In this document: positions 8,634 to 18,402 of the stretch, piece after piece
Layout: every line of letters begins with the position of its first letter
How positions within the stretch are numbered: the first letter of the stretch is position 1
From: Desulfocapsa sulfexigens DSM 10523
GTDB taxonomy: Bacteria > Desulfobacterota > Desulfobulbia > Desulfobulbales > Desulfocapsaceae
Assembly: GCF_000341395.1 (NCBI RefSeq)
Contig: NC_020304.1
Location: 3,780,001-3,812,000, forward strand
Direction of reading: 5' to 3'
DNA length: 32,000 nt
Program-made: the position numbers and the translations under genes
Notes under the pieces: model-generated
Database searches by the model: none
Told to the model about the DNA's origin: nothing
The model's input: only the letters and a program-made list of their open reading frames with translations

Positions 8634-11456
8634 CTACTCCTTGATGTCCATGGCAAGCACAACATCCAGACAACGTTTACAGAGTTGCGGGTGATCGGAA
8701 TTGCTGCCTACAAAACTGTCACGGGTCCAGCAGCGTTCACATTTTTCGCCACTTGCCGCACGAACAGCGACAGCGAGCTCTGGAATTTCCTCACTGACCA
8801 TAAAATCAAGATCAGTAACAGCACTCTTATCTTCACAACGGGTAAGCACCGAAATAATGCAGACATCCTTCACCTGCTCCCATTCCTGCTCGATAAAAGT
8901 TGCCCAATCACCGGTCACCTCAATCAAGACTTCAGCTTCAAGCGGATGGCCGATACGTTTTTCGCGACGCGCTGCTTCCAGAGACTTGGTAATTGCAGAA
9001 CGAACCTGAATCAGTTTGTTCCATCGTTTTTCCTGACTGACATCAAGACGCTCAGGAGCTGCGGAAGGAAATTCGGTAAAAAAGATACTTTTTTCCAAAG
9101 GTGAATTGTCATCCAGATTCTTAAAATGCTCCCAGGCCTCGGTGGTGGTGAAAGTCAGTACCGGACTCATGAGTTGCAATAACCCTTCCAGAACCTCGTA
9201 CAATACCGTCTGAGCCGAGCGACGCAGATGTGAATCAGTTCCAGAACAGTAGAGCCTGTCTTTTAGGATATCAAGATAGAAGGCACTCATGGTGGTTCCG
9301 CAGAAATAATTCAGAGCCTGATGGATAGGATGAAATTCATACTTCTCGTAGGCAGTGGTCACCTTAGCTCGCAGTGCTTCAAAACGGCCAAGTGCCCAGC
9401 GATCAATCTCTTCCATCTTCTCAAATGGCACGGCATGAAGAGAAGGATCAAAATCCGTTACATTCCCAAGCATATAACGGATGGTATTACGAATTTTTCG
9501 ATAACTGTCCGCGACCTGTTTAAGGATTTCATCGGAAACCTTCACATCATCGCGATAATCTTCACTTGAGACCCAGAGACGCAGGATCTCGGCGCCAAAT
9601 GTTTTTATAACCTCACCGGGAGCAACCACATTACCAATGGATTTTGACATCTTCTTTCCCTGACCATCGACCACATAGCCATGGGTCAAAACGCCCTTAA
9701 ACGGTGCCTGACCACGGGTTCCGACGGAGGTGAGCAGAGAGCTCTGAAACCAGCCTCGATGCTGATCACTGCCTTCCAGATAGAGATCAGCCGGATATCG
9801 TAACTCTGGACGCGCCTCTACAACGGCTGCATGGGAAGATCCTGAATCAAACCAGACATCAAGAATATCTTCCTCTTTCTCAAAATCACTGGCTCCGCAT
9901 GAAGCGCAACAGAAGCCCTCTTCAAGAAAGTCAGAGAGCTCATGGCTGAACCAGGCATCAGCCCCTTCTTTTCGAAAGAGTTCATCGATGCGTGCAACCA
10001 GAGCCTCACTTTTGACAACTTCACCACAGCTCTTACAGCTGACAACCGTTATGGGAACGCCCCATGTACGCTGACGGGACAGGCACCAGTCAGGACGATT
10101 TTCCACCATGGAGTGGATACGATTCATCCCCCAGGATGGAGTCCAGACAACGTTTTCTATTTCTTTCAAAGCCTTTTTCCGAAGATCATTGATCTCCATC
10201 GAAATAAACCACTGGGGGGTTGCCCGGTACATAACCGGTTTTTTACAGCGCCAACAGTGTGGATAACTATGATGCAGGGAAGATTCATGAAGCAGAACAC
10301 CGCTTACTGTCATATCTGCATTAATAACTTTATTCACTGCAGGAATCTGCTGACCGGCATATTTTCCAGCCTCATCGGTATAGCGCCCTTCACTGTCAAC
10401 GGGAGACAGCACTTCAAGGTCATAGCGCAGCCCTGTCAAATAATCGTCAGCACCATGTCCCGGAGCGGTATGTACACAACCTGTTCCAGCTTCAAGAGTG
10501 ACATAATTGGCCAGTACCATCAAGGAATCACGATCCATAAAGGGGTGACGGCATTTTCGTTTTTCAAGCCCCTGGGCAGAAAATGTGGAGACAATTGAAT
10601 ACTCACCAACAGCCATCTCCTCCATTACACCTTCAACCAACTCTTTGGCCATGATCAATATTTCATCGCCTGTTTTTACTGCGGCATATTCAAAATCCGG
10701 ATGAAATGCCACTGCAAGATTTGCTGGCAGGGTCCAGGGAGTGGTGGTCCAGATAACCACGGAGAGTTTATCTCCAGACAGCGCTGGATTCACGTCGGAC
10801 CAATCCTCCTGGACAGGAAATTTCACATAAACAGAAGGTGAAGTGTGATCATAATACTCGACTTCAGCCTCGGCCAGGGCAGTAGTACAAGTGGAGCACC
10901 AGTATACCGGCTTTTTATTACGAATTACTGAACCTGAGAGGAGGAACTCATTAAATTCACGGGCAATGGTTGCCTCGTAGTCGTAATTCATGGTAAGGTA
11001 AGGATTCTCCCAGTCACCAAGTACTCCAAGACGCTTGAACTCATCCTTCTGGGTCTTGATCCACTTACCGGCATAGTTGCGGCATGCTCCTCTTTTGGCG
11101 ATCTTGGGGATAGAGTTCTTCTTTTCACCAAGTTCCTGATCCACATTGTGCTCAATGGGCAGCCCATGACAATCCCAACCCGGAATATATGGAGCCTGAA
11201 ATCCAGCCATACGTCTGGATTTCAGAATAATATCTTTTAAAATTTTATTGAAGGCAGTGCCAAGGTGGATGTGACCATTGGCATAGGGAGGGCCGTCATG
11301 AAGCACATACAATGGCTTGCCCTGAGCATGAACTTGTAACATTCCATATAAATCTTCTTTTTCCCAGCGTTTAAGGTACATTGGCTCTTTCTGATTCAGA
11401 TTGGCCTTCATCTTAAACTTGGTCTGCGGCAGATTCAGGGTGTCCCTGTAATCCAT
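8634..11456 (-). CDS. ileS: Isoleucyl-tRNA synthetase
   Basis: HIGH-type motif DGPPYANGHIHLG, KMSKS motif GKKMSKSIGN, C-terminal zinc motif CERCW...CKRC. Start placed at MDYRDTLNLPQTKFKMKANL (ATG at 11456). Confidence 0.95.
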   Translation of the reverse strand: MDYRDTLNLPQTKFKMKANLNQKEPMYLKRWEKEDLYGMLQVHAQGKPLYVLHDGPPYANGHIHLGTAFNKILKDIILKSRRMAGFQAPYIPGWDCHGLPIEHNVDQELGEKKNSIPKIAKRGACRNYAGKWIKTQKDEFKRLGVLGDWENPYLTMNYDYEATIAREFNEFLLSGSVIRNKKPVYWCSTCTTALAEAEVEYYDHTSPSVYVKFPVQEDWSDVNPALSGDKLSVVIWTTTPWTLPANLAVAFHPDFEYAAVKTGDEILIMAKELVEGVMEEMAVGEYSIVSTFSAQGLEKRKCRHPFMDRDSLMVLANYVTLEAGTGCVHTAPGHGADDYLTGLRYDLEVLSPVDSEGRYTDEAGKYAGQQIPAVNKVINADMTVSGVLLHESSLHHSYPHCWRCKKPVMYRATPQWFISMEINDLRKKALKEIENVVWTPSWGMNRIHSMVENRPDWCLSRQRTWGVPITVVSCKSCGEVVKSEALVARIDELFRKEGADAWFSHELSDFLEEGFCCASCGASDFEKEEDILDVWFDSGSSHAAVVEARPELRYPADLYLEGSDQHRGWFQSSLLTSVGTRGQAPFKGVLTHGYVVDGQGKKMSKSIGNVVAPGEVIKTFGAEILRLWVSSEDYRDDVKVSDEILKQVADSYRKIRNTIRYMLGNVTDFDPSLHAVPFEKMEEIDRWALGRFEALRAKVTTAYEKYEFHPIHQALNYFCGTTMSAFYLDILKDRLYCSGTDSHLRRSAQTVLYEVLEGLLQLMSPVLTFTTTEAWEHFKNLDDNSPLEKSIFFTEFPSAAPERLDVSQEKRWNKLIQVRSAITKSLEAARREKRIGHPLEAEVLIEVTGDWATFIEQEWEQVKDVCIISVLTRCEDKSAVTDLDFMVSEEIPELAVAVRAASGEKCERCWTRDSFVGSNSDHPQLCKRCLDVVLAMDIKE

Positions 11457-11607
11457 AACTCTCTCCTTGATACGCGGTTTGCGATATTCGGTTTGCAATG
11501 TAAAAGCTGCTGCATAAGTAATGTGACAAATAAAAACTGCTAAAAATACCAACTGAGGGTGAAGATGCAAGGAAAATTGGTAAATTCCACTGAAACCAGC
11601 TTTAAAT

Positions 11608-11636
11608 TTGACATCCGCGTATGCCTTAATTACTAT
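11608..11636 (+). promoter_or_regulatory. Candidate sigma70-type promoter
   Basis: TTGACA at 11608-11613, 17-bp spacer, TACTAT at 11631-11636; 70 bp upstream of the cooC-like start, in the divergent region with ileS. Confidence 0.55.
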
Positions 11637-11705
11637 AGTAAGGTTGTATATTTACTTAAAACTTACATAATACAGTACTCTTTCACATAACTATAGAGAC
11701 AATCC

Positions 11706-12464
11706 ATGACTAAAATCATTGCCATGGCTGGTAAAGGTGGGACGGGAAAAACCACCACCTCGGCCCTGTTGACCAGATATTTGCTCAAAAAAAGACAGAC
11801 TCCCTTTCTGCTCGTCGACGCAGATGCCAATGCCAATCTCAATGAACTTTTAGGGCTTGACGTCAATATCACTCTTGGCCAGATTCGTAAAGAACTCAAA
11901 GGGGAACTCCCCCCTAACGTGACCCGTGATCAATTCATGGAAATGAAAATTCATCAGGCACTTATAGAAGAGACCGGATATGACCTGCTTGTTATGGGAC
12001 AACCCGACGGCCCAGGTTGCTACTGCGCAGCAAACCAGTATCTTGCCATGACCATGGACAAACTGGCAGAAAACTACAAGTACATCATCGTTGACAACGA
12101 AGCCGGAATGGAGCATTTGAGTCGTATGAATATGCGTACTATTGATTATCTTCTTGTCACTTCTGATCCGTCTGCCAGAGGGATACTCACTGCAAAACGG
12201 ATATCAGACATCACAGAACCCCTTGGACTTGAAATCAAAAATCAGTTTCTTCTGGTGAATCGTGCCCCACACCCCGTACCGCCGGCCCTTCAAAGCAAGA
12301 TAGACGAAGCCGTGGCGGATTCCGGGATGCAGCTTGGTGGTATCATTCCTTCAAGTGAATCGCTAATCAACCAGGAACTCAGTGGTGAATCCTATCTCAA
12401 CCTTGACGACAATGATGATATTGTGGTTACCGTCAATGAAATGTTTGATAAAATCTTTTCATAA
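11706..12464 (+). CDS. cooC: CooC/AcsF-family nickel-insertion-type P-loop ATPase (CODH maturation family)
   Basis: AGKGGTGKTTTSALL Walker A, LLVDADANANL, GQPDGPGCYCAANQYL (CxC motif), YIIVDNEAGMEHLSR. These are hallmark CooC family motifs. Confidence 0.86.
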   Translation: MTKIIAMAGKGGTGKTTTSALLTRYLLKKRQTPFLLVDADANANLNELLGLDVNITLGQIRKELKGELPPNVTRDQFMEMKIHQALIEETGYDLLVMGQPDGPGCYCAANQYLAMTMDKLAENYKYIIVDNEAGMEHLSRMNMRTIDYLLVTSDPSARGILTAKRISDITEPLGLEIKNQFLLVNRAPHPVPPALQSKIDEAVADSGMQLGGIIPSSESLINQELSGESYLNLDDNDDIVVTVNEMFDKIFS

Positions 12465-12535
12465 TTTACTCTTTTAGACACTTGCCAGTGACCAATCAAG
12501 AATCCACAGACGATAAAGGGCTAAAGAGAAACACC

Positions 12536-13207
12536 ATGATCGAAATGATCAAGGTGAGTCGTACGTATGCCCCCAACATTAAAGCCCTCTCCGACATTTC
12601 ATTTTCCATCGAAACGGGTGAAATGTTCTTTCTTATAGGCAGAAGTGGTGCCGGCAAAACAACTCTGCTGAAACTCATCTGCAATATGGAAACACCCAGT
12701 AATGGGTTAATTGAAGTGGCTGGCTACAATATCAACACCCTCCGGGGTAAGAACCTGGCTCACCTGAGACAAAAAATCGGTGTCGCCTATCAGGACTTCA
12801 AATTGTTAAGCAATCGCACTGTTGCAGAAAACATCGCCATTGCCATGGAAGTCTCCTATAAAAACCCACGTGCCATCAGGCACCGGGTAAGAGACCTCCT
12901 TGAGCAGTTACAGTTGACTGACAAGTACGATACCATTACCAGCGAACTCTCTCGCGGAGAACAGCAACGTGTGGCACTGGCCAGATCCGTTGCAAACTCG
13001 CCCCGCCTGATTCTTGTTGATGAGCCCACTGGAAATCTTGACGCATCCACCACGGAACGTGTGATGTCACTCCTCACCCGATCGAACAAAGCTGGTGCCA
13101 CTATTGTTATTGCCACTCACGACGCCTCTATCTATCAGCAGGGTACCCATAGAATCATGGAACTGCGCGATGGCAATATCCACTCCCTTACAAGGGGAGG
13201 CCGGTAA
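12536..13207 (+). CDS. ftsE: Cell-division ABC transporter ATP-binding protein FtsE
   Basis: MIEMIKVSRTYAPNIKALSDISF, GRSGAGKTTLLKLI Walker A, LSRGEQQRVALARS signature, LILVDEPTGNLD Walker B. ATG at 12536; the track start at 12482 is TTG with a poorly conserved-looking extension. Confidence 0.94.
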   Translation: MIEMIKVSRTYAPNIKALSDISFSIETGEMFFLIGRSGAGKTTLLKLICNMETPSNGLIEVAGYNINTLRGKNLAHLRQKIGVAYQDFKLLSNRTVAENIAIAMEVSYKNPRAIRHRVRDLLEQLQLTDKYDTITSELSRGEQQRVALARSVANSPRLILVDEPTGNLDASTTERVMSLLTRSNKAGATIVIATHDASIYQQGTHRIMELRDGNIHSLTRGGR

Positions 13208-14094
13208 TGAATTTCTGGTTTGCAGTCTTCAGACAGGCAGGTCGTAATCTCCGACAAACCTGGACTTCCCAGTTTATGACTTTTCTGACCGTCAGTCTCT
13301 CTGTATTGATTTTTGCTTTTTTCTATCTCATATACACCAATATGCTGGGTGCCGGTGACAGATTGAGTGACGACCTTCGACTGATTGTCTATCTGGAGGA
13401 CGAACCCGGTCCCCAAATGCAGCAACAGCTTCGTCGCAAAATTGAAAATTTTGACAGAGTTAAAGAAATCCGTTTTATCTCGCAGGAAGAGGCCTACGAG
13501 CGCTTTGCCGAGCAACTTGGTGAAGACTCCGATGTCTTGGCTGACATGCCAAAGAATTTTCTGCCTGCGTCCATTGAAATTGTGCCTTTAAAAAGTCTCC
13601 GGGGTTACAACCAGATCAAACTTTTCTCAGAATATCTGGCAAACCTGCCCGGCACGGAAAAAGTTCAGTATGGTCAGGAATGGGTGGAACGATTCTACTA
13701 TTTCACCAGATTACTGACCATCGTAGTACTTTTAAGCGGGACACTTCTTATACTCACCGCAACCTTTATGGTAGCCTACACCATCAGACTTACCATCATG
13801 GGACGCCAGGACGAACTTGAGTTGTTGAAACTTGTAGGGGCCACCAACAGTTACATACGAACCCCTTTTCTCATCGAAGGGATTCTCCAGGGATTCATGG
13901 GTTCCATTATCGGGTTGTTGGCATTGTATGGCCTTTTCCAGTGGATCAGTGCACACTTTGCAGGCCCCGGCCTTTTAAATGTTTTTCATTTCAGTTTTTT
14001 TTCACCCGTTGTCATCTTCCTGATTATTCTTAGCTCCATCTGTCTCTGCAGCCTCGGTAGCTATACATCCATACGAAAATTTTTACGGCTTTGA
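13207..14094 (+). CDS. ftsX: Cell-division ABC transporter permease FtsX
   Basis: Single-nt overlap with the ftsE stop; four-TM FtsX layout; LPGTEKVQYGQEWVERF, MGRQDELELLKLVGATNSYIRTPFLIEG. Confidence 0.93.
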   Translation: MNFWFAVFRQAGRNLRQTWTSQFMTFLTVSLSVLIFAFFYLIYTNMLGAGDRLSDDLRLIVYLEDEPGPQMQQQLRRKIENFDRVKEIRFISQEEAYERFAEQLGEDSDVLADMPKNFLPASIEIVPLKSLRGYNQIKLFSEYLANLPGTEKVQYGQEWVERFYYFTRLLTIVVLLSGTLLILTATFMVAYTIRLTIMGRQDELELLKLVGATNSYIRTPFLIEGILQGFMGSIIGLLALYGLFQWISAHFAGPGLLNVFHFSFFSPVVIFLIILSSICLCSLGSYTSIRKFLRL

Positions 14095-15335
14095 TGTTTT
14101 TCTCAAGCAACGCTCTTCAACAGTTCAGAATTCCTGGTCCGACACAGTCCATACTACTGGTTGCCTGTATTCTGATATTTTCTGCCTCCTTCCCCCATGA
14201 CTGTAAGGCCCAAAGTGACCGTACACTGGAAAAACAGAGTATTAAAAAGGATATCCAAAAATACCGTATCAACATCAGCAAACTCCAGGAAGGCATAGCC
14301 AGCCAACAACTCCAGATACAGTCCTCTAAAGAAAAGAAACGTAATCTCCTCGACGAGCTGGCCCAGATAGAATCCAGACTTTTTTCACAGCTGAAAAAAT
14401 TACATGACCTTGAAGCCGAAATGAACAAACAGGAGTATCTGATAGGCGTCAAAGAGACTGAGCTCCAGAAATCACAGAGAGCCAAGAAGGCAGTACAGCA
14501 CCACCTTCAGGAGAGAATCAGGGCCTACTACAAGATGGGAGAAATTGGAGTTGCAAATGTGGCGTTTTCCACAGAGAGTATGCCGCAAATGTTAAAATTT
14601 CGAGATTCCTTCACCAGCCTGATTGAATACGACAAAAGCCTTATCAAGAAATATCGTAAGTCCATTTACGAGTTGCAGCAGGCAAAAGAAACCCTGAATC
14701 TTGAAAAAACTGTTTTGCATGATTTCCTCTCCCAGGCAAAAATCGAACAGGAAGCCACAAAAACGATCAAACTTGAAAAAGAGACGTTGCTCAAACAGAT
14801 TGAAACACAGAAGGAACTCCACGAGCAGGCGGTTATGGAAATGGAAAAGGTTGCCGATAACCTTTCCAACTCTCTCGACGCCCTGAAAAGAAAAGATACA
14901 CTCCTCGACCAGGGATTTCTTGTAGATAAGGGGAAACACCCGGCACCACTTTCAGGAAAGGTCACAGCTCTCTTTGGCCAGGAACGGAAAAACCGCCTTG
15001 GGGTCAAAGGAAAAACAAAGGGGATAACCATTGCTACGGAAGGCACGAACCGTGTCCATGCAATTTTTGATGGTGAGATACGCTACGCCTCCTATCTCTA
15101 TGGTTATGGGAACACAATTATTATCGATCATGGCTACCAGTATTTTTCTATCATTTCACGTCTTGAAAAACTTCTCGTGAAAGAAGGCGCTACTGTGAAC
15201 CAAGGAGACATCATTGCTCTCACCGGTGACACTGCAACTCTCATGGAAGAAGGTGTTTATATTGAAATCCGCCACGGCTCAACCCCACTCGACCCTTTAC
15301 AGTGGCTTGACAACAGTGGTCTTGTTCTGCCATAA
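14094..15335 (+). CDS. envC: EnvC-like murein hydrolase activator (coiled coil + degenerate LytM/M23 domain)
   Basis: Signal-like N-terminus, long coiled coil, C-terminal AIFDGEIRYASYLYGYGNTIIIDHGYQYFSII...VYIEIRHGSTPLDPLQWLD. Active-site metal ligands are replaced as in EnvC-type activators. Directly follows ftsX. Confidence 0.84.
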   Translation: MFFSSNALQQFRIPGPTQSILLVACILIFSASFPHDCKAQSDRTLEKQSIKKDIQKYRINISKLQEGIASQQLQIQSSKEKKRNLLDELAQIESRLFSQLKKLHDLEAEMNKQEYLIGVKETELQKSQRAKKAVQHHLQERIRAYYKMGEIGVANVAFSTESMPQMLKFRDSFTSLIEYDKSLIKKYRKSIYELQQAKETLNLEKTVLHDFLSQAKIEQEATKTIKLEKETLLKQIETQKELHEQAVMEMEKVADNLSNSLDALKRKDTLLDQGFLVDKGKHPAPLSGKVTALFGQERKNRLGVKGKTKGITIATEGTNRVHAIFDGEIRYASYLYGYGNTIIIDHGYQYFSIISRLEKLLVKEGATVNQGDIIALTGDTATLMEEGVYIEIRHGSTPLDPLQWLDNSGLVLP

Positions 15336-15390
15336 TTGGAAAAGATATTTTTAAGTTACCCACCCCCCAATCAACTGCAACGGATATCAC

Positions 15391-16773
15391 GTGAAAATAA
15401 TAGTAATTTTGTTTTCGGTTTTTTCATTGTTCATTAGCTTAACAGGCCCTTCGTTTGCTGCCATCTCTCAGGATCAGCGAGAAGCCACTTACCGCGAGCT
15501 GGAAATATTTGCCAATGTCCTCAGTATTCTACAGGAAAACTACATTGATGAAATAGACGCCGACACAACCATAGAAGGGGCAATCAGTGGTATGCTCCGT
15601 TCCCTTGATCCTCATTCGTCATACCTCACAGCCGAAGACTTTGATGAATTACAGGATGAAACAAGAGGTAACTTTTCTGGGATCGGAATCGAGATCACTA
15701 TTCGTGATGGAATCCTCACCATCATCTCTCCCATTGAGGGAACGCCGGCAGATCTTGCAGGACTTAAGGCAAAGGATCTCATCGTAAAAATTAATGGTGA
15801 TGCAACTAAAGACATGGCAGCAATGGACGCAATTAAATTGCTGAGAGGGCAGAAGGGAAGCGAGGTTACCTTATCAATTTACCGTGATGGCTGGCAGGAA
15901 TTAAAAGAATTTACCATAATACGTGACATCATCTCACTCCATAGCGTCACCGGCCTTTTTCTCGAACCTGGATTTGCCTATATTCGAATCACCAACTTTC
16001 AGGGCCAGACGACAAAGGATACAAAAGCGCTTCTGAACGAATTAAACCTCAAAAACCCGATTAAGGGGTTAATCCTCGACCTCCGAAACAATCCAGGAGG
16101 ACTCCTCGATCAAGCAATTTCAATCTCTGATATTTTCCTTGAAGAAGGTCTTGTTGTGTACACAAAGGGGAGAATCCAAGAGCAGAATATGACTTTCCAG
16201 GCTCATGCCAACAATGGCAAGAATCAGTATCCATTGGTCGTTCTCGTGAACGAAGGATCTGCCAGCGCCTCTGAAATTGTTGCTGGCGCAATTCAGGATC
16301 ACAAACGGGGTGTTATTGTCGGAACCAAGACCTTTGGCAAAGGCTCGGTTCAGACCATCCTCCCCATGCCAGGGGGATCCGGCCTTCGACTTACCACTGC
16401 GCGCTACTACACACCAAACGGCAGATCAATACAAGCAACCGGCATAATTCCCGACGTCGAAGTTCCACATATCACCTACGTAAAGAATACAAAAGAAGAG
16501 CGTATTCTCCCTGAATTCGTGAGGGAAGCGGATCTAAAAAATCATATCTTAAACGGTGATAGACAGCCCAAACAGGCAAGCGAACCTGCACTTGATACAG
16601 AAGTAAAAGGTATCACTCAGGAAGAGCGAAAGACAGTAGCTGATCGTCTCAAAAAAGACAACCAGTTGCGATCAGCGCTGAACATTCTCAAAAGCCTCAA
16701 CCTGTATACCGAATATAAAACCAACTCAGCACCCGAAACAACTCCCCAACCGAAACAGTCAAAGGAACTTTAA
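15391..16773 (+). CDS. ctpA: S41-family C-terminal processing peptidase (PDZ domain)
   Basis: GTG start; signal peptide; SYLTAEDFDELQDETRGNFSGIGIEI, PDZ region, LRNNPGGLLDQAI, GSASASEIVAGAIQDH, GTKTFGKGSVQT (catalytic Lys). Confidence 0.93.
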   Translation: MKIIVILFSVFSLFISLTGPSFAAISQDQREATYRELEIFANVLSILQENYIDEIDADTTIEGAISGMLRSLDPHSSYLTAEDFDELQDETRGNFSGIGIEITIRDGILTIISPIEGTPADLAGLKAKDLIVKINGDATKDMAAMDAIKLLRGQKGSEVTLSIYRDGWQELKEFTIIRDIISLHSVTGLFLEPGFAYIRITNFQGQTTKDTKALLNELNLKNPIKGLILDLRNNPGGLLDQAISISDIFLEEGLVVYTKGRIQEQNMTFQAHANNGKNQYPLVVLVNEGSASASEIVAGAIQDHKRGVIVGTKTFGKGSVQTILPMPGGSGLRLTTARYYTPNGRSIQATGIIPDVEVPHITYVKNTKEERILPEFVREADLKNHILNGDRQPKQASEPALDTEVKGITQEERKTVADRLKKDNQLRSALNILKSLNLYTEYKTNSAPETTPQPKQSKEL

Positions 16774-17151
16774 AAATTTCACGAAAAACAGTACACACTT
16801 TATCACAGGTTGCGTTTTGATTAATACCCTGAGTCTGTTCTATGTTCTATGCTGAAAATTTCCTTTTAACAGAAAGCTAACGATTGGGGCAGAAAAAAAT
16901 GAACTGCATCTCGAAACTTGGTGGGATAATAACGGCAACACTGATGATGTTGTTTACAGAGATGTGATGGGATCAGGGACATGGATTCCTGAAAGCCCTG
17001 GATAGTGAGTGAAAAAACTTCACAGTTCGCACTGTTCCATGGAAGAAACCCTGCAGCAGCCTACAATATACTTGCAATAAATCGTCCCCTCACTTCAATC
17101 CGTTTTTATCACGTATTAAAGTGGATAAGTCACGATAAACTTCTTAAAGAG

Positions 17152-18018
17152 TTATTCAACAATTCTTTTAAATTCTACTCTTTCATTGGCAATAATACCA
17201 CCTGCCTGAGCTCCGGTTTCCAAAGGTTGGGCGTCGCCATACCAGGCAATTTCCAAGCGTTTTGGGTCAATCAGGAAATTAGTCACAAGCTGATCCTTTA
17301 TCATCAGCGCCCGAGCCTTTGACCTTTCAAAGGCTTCCTCAGATGACGAAAACCCTTGATCTACATGAACAGAGATCTCAAACCGGACATGCTGAATTGC
17401 ATCGTTCTGCATTGCCTGTCCGACGGCTCCGAGCTGTCTGATACCGGTGGGTTGCAGCGTTCCAGATCCTTCTACAAACGCGATACGGTATTGTAAGGCA
17501 GGTCCGGTCAGCAACAGAGGCATATTACTGGAAATTTTCCCGCGATGGTCCATCACCTTTATAAATTCAGCCACTGACAACACCTCACCCCTTAGTGCCT
17601 TCCGCTTGATACTCAAACGAGAATAACGCCCTTCAAAACGTTCGTTTTCAGGCATATATTTCACAGCACTTTTATAGGCATCTATGGCTTCATCGAGTAA
17701 CCCCAGATAAATATAAACATCCCCCATACCTGCATACGCTTTAGCCATTGCAGGATCGGCGAGAATAGCCTTCTGATAGTATCCTAAGGCCTTTTCATAC
17801 TTTCTGAACCGCTCCAGACTTAATGCGTATTTATAATTAATATCAGGATCATTGGGACACTGAGCAATGGCATCACCAAGGATCTTTCGTTTTTTCTTTA
17901 CATCATGCTCTTGTTTCAGTGCCTTTTTTATTGCATTACAGTCAGCAGCATAACCGGAACCAGCTACTGTCAAGCAAAGAACAATCGCTAAAAAAACAGA
18001 CCAAACTTTTATTTTCAT
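17152..18018 (-). CDS. Periplasmic TPR protein with divergent OmpA-like C-terminal domain
   Basis: Signal peptide MKIKVWSVFLAIVLCLTVAGSGYAAD; TPRs (INYKYALSLERFRKYEKALGYYQKAILADPAMAKAYAGMGDVYIYLGLLDEAIDAYKSAV); C-terminal ISVHVDQ...RSKARALMIKDQL...NERVEFKRI resembles OmpA-like fold. Confidence 0.7.
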   Translation of the reverse strand: MKIKVWSVFLAIVLCLTVAGSGYAADCNAIKKALKQEHDVKKKRKILGDAIAQCPNDPDINYKYALSLERFRKYEKALGYYQKAILADPAMAKAYAGMGDVYIYLGLLDEAIDAYKSAVKYMPENERFEGRYSRLSIKRKALRGEVLSVAEFIKVMDHRGKISSNMPLLLTGPALQYRIAFVEGSGTLQPTGIRQLGAVGQAMQNDAIQHVRFEISVHVDQGFSSSEEAFERSKARALMIKDQLVTNFLIDPKRLEIAWYGDAQPLETGAQAGGIIANERVEFKRIVE

Positions 18019-18402
18019 TTATTTACCAGAAATTCAAAAGAAGAGACGTCACCTGGATCAAAAAAAAAACAACCCCCAATGCCCAAATTACTTACTACCA
18101 CAGAAGCATATCATTTATCAACACCTAACACAAGTAAACGGTAAGTAAGGCAATACTCAGTCCAGCAGCTCCTTGAAAAATATACCTGATTACCACTAAT
18201 CCTCAGCCTACCCGTTTGAGGAGGAGTTGTTTCGTGTTCATTATATGGGCATCTGCGGCCTGGACGGCCGCAGCAGAGCCCCCAGGGATGGGTTTATGGT
18301 GTCCCATGTAATCGACACGGAACAACTCAGGGTTGCAAAGCTGAGTTTCGATAGTAATCAGGAAAATATAAGTGGCTTCACACAACTTCCAAATGGGAGT
18401 AT

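Noticed and set aside
9942-10598. 218-aa plus-strand ORF
   Set aside because: Lies antisense within ileS, which has clear catalytic motifs; no recognisable domain in this frame, consistent with a codon-bias shadow.
11457-11570. N-terminal extension of ileS
   Set aside because: MHLHPQLVFLAVFICHITY... looks like translated upstream DNA; the canonical IleRS start MDYRDTLNLPQTKF is at 11456.
18203-18385. 60-aa minus-strand ORF as a confident gene
   Set aside because: Needs a TTG start and has no domain or clear RBS. Listed only as a low-confidence finding.
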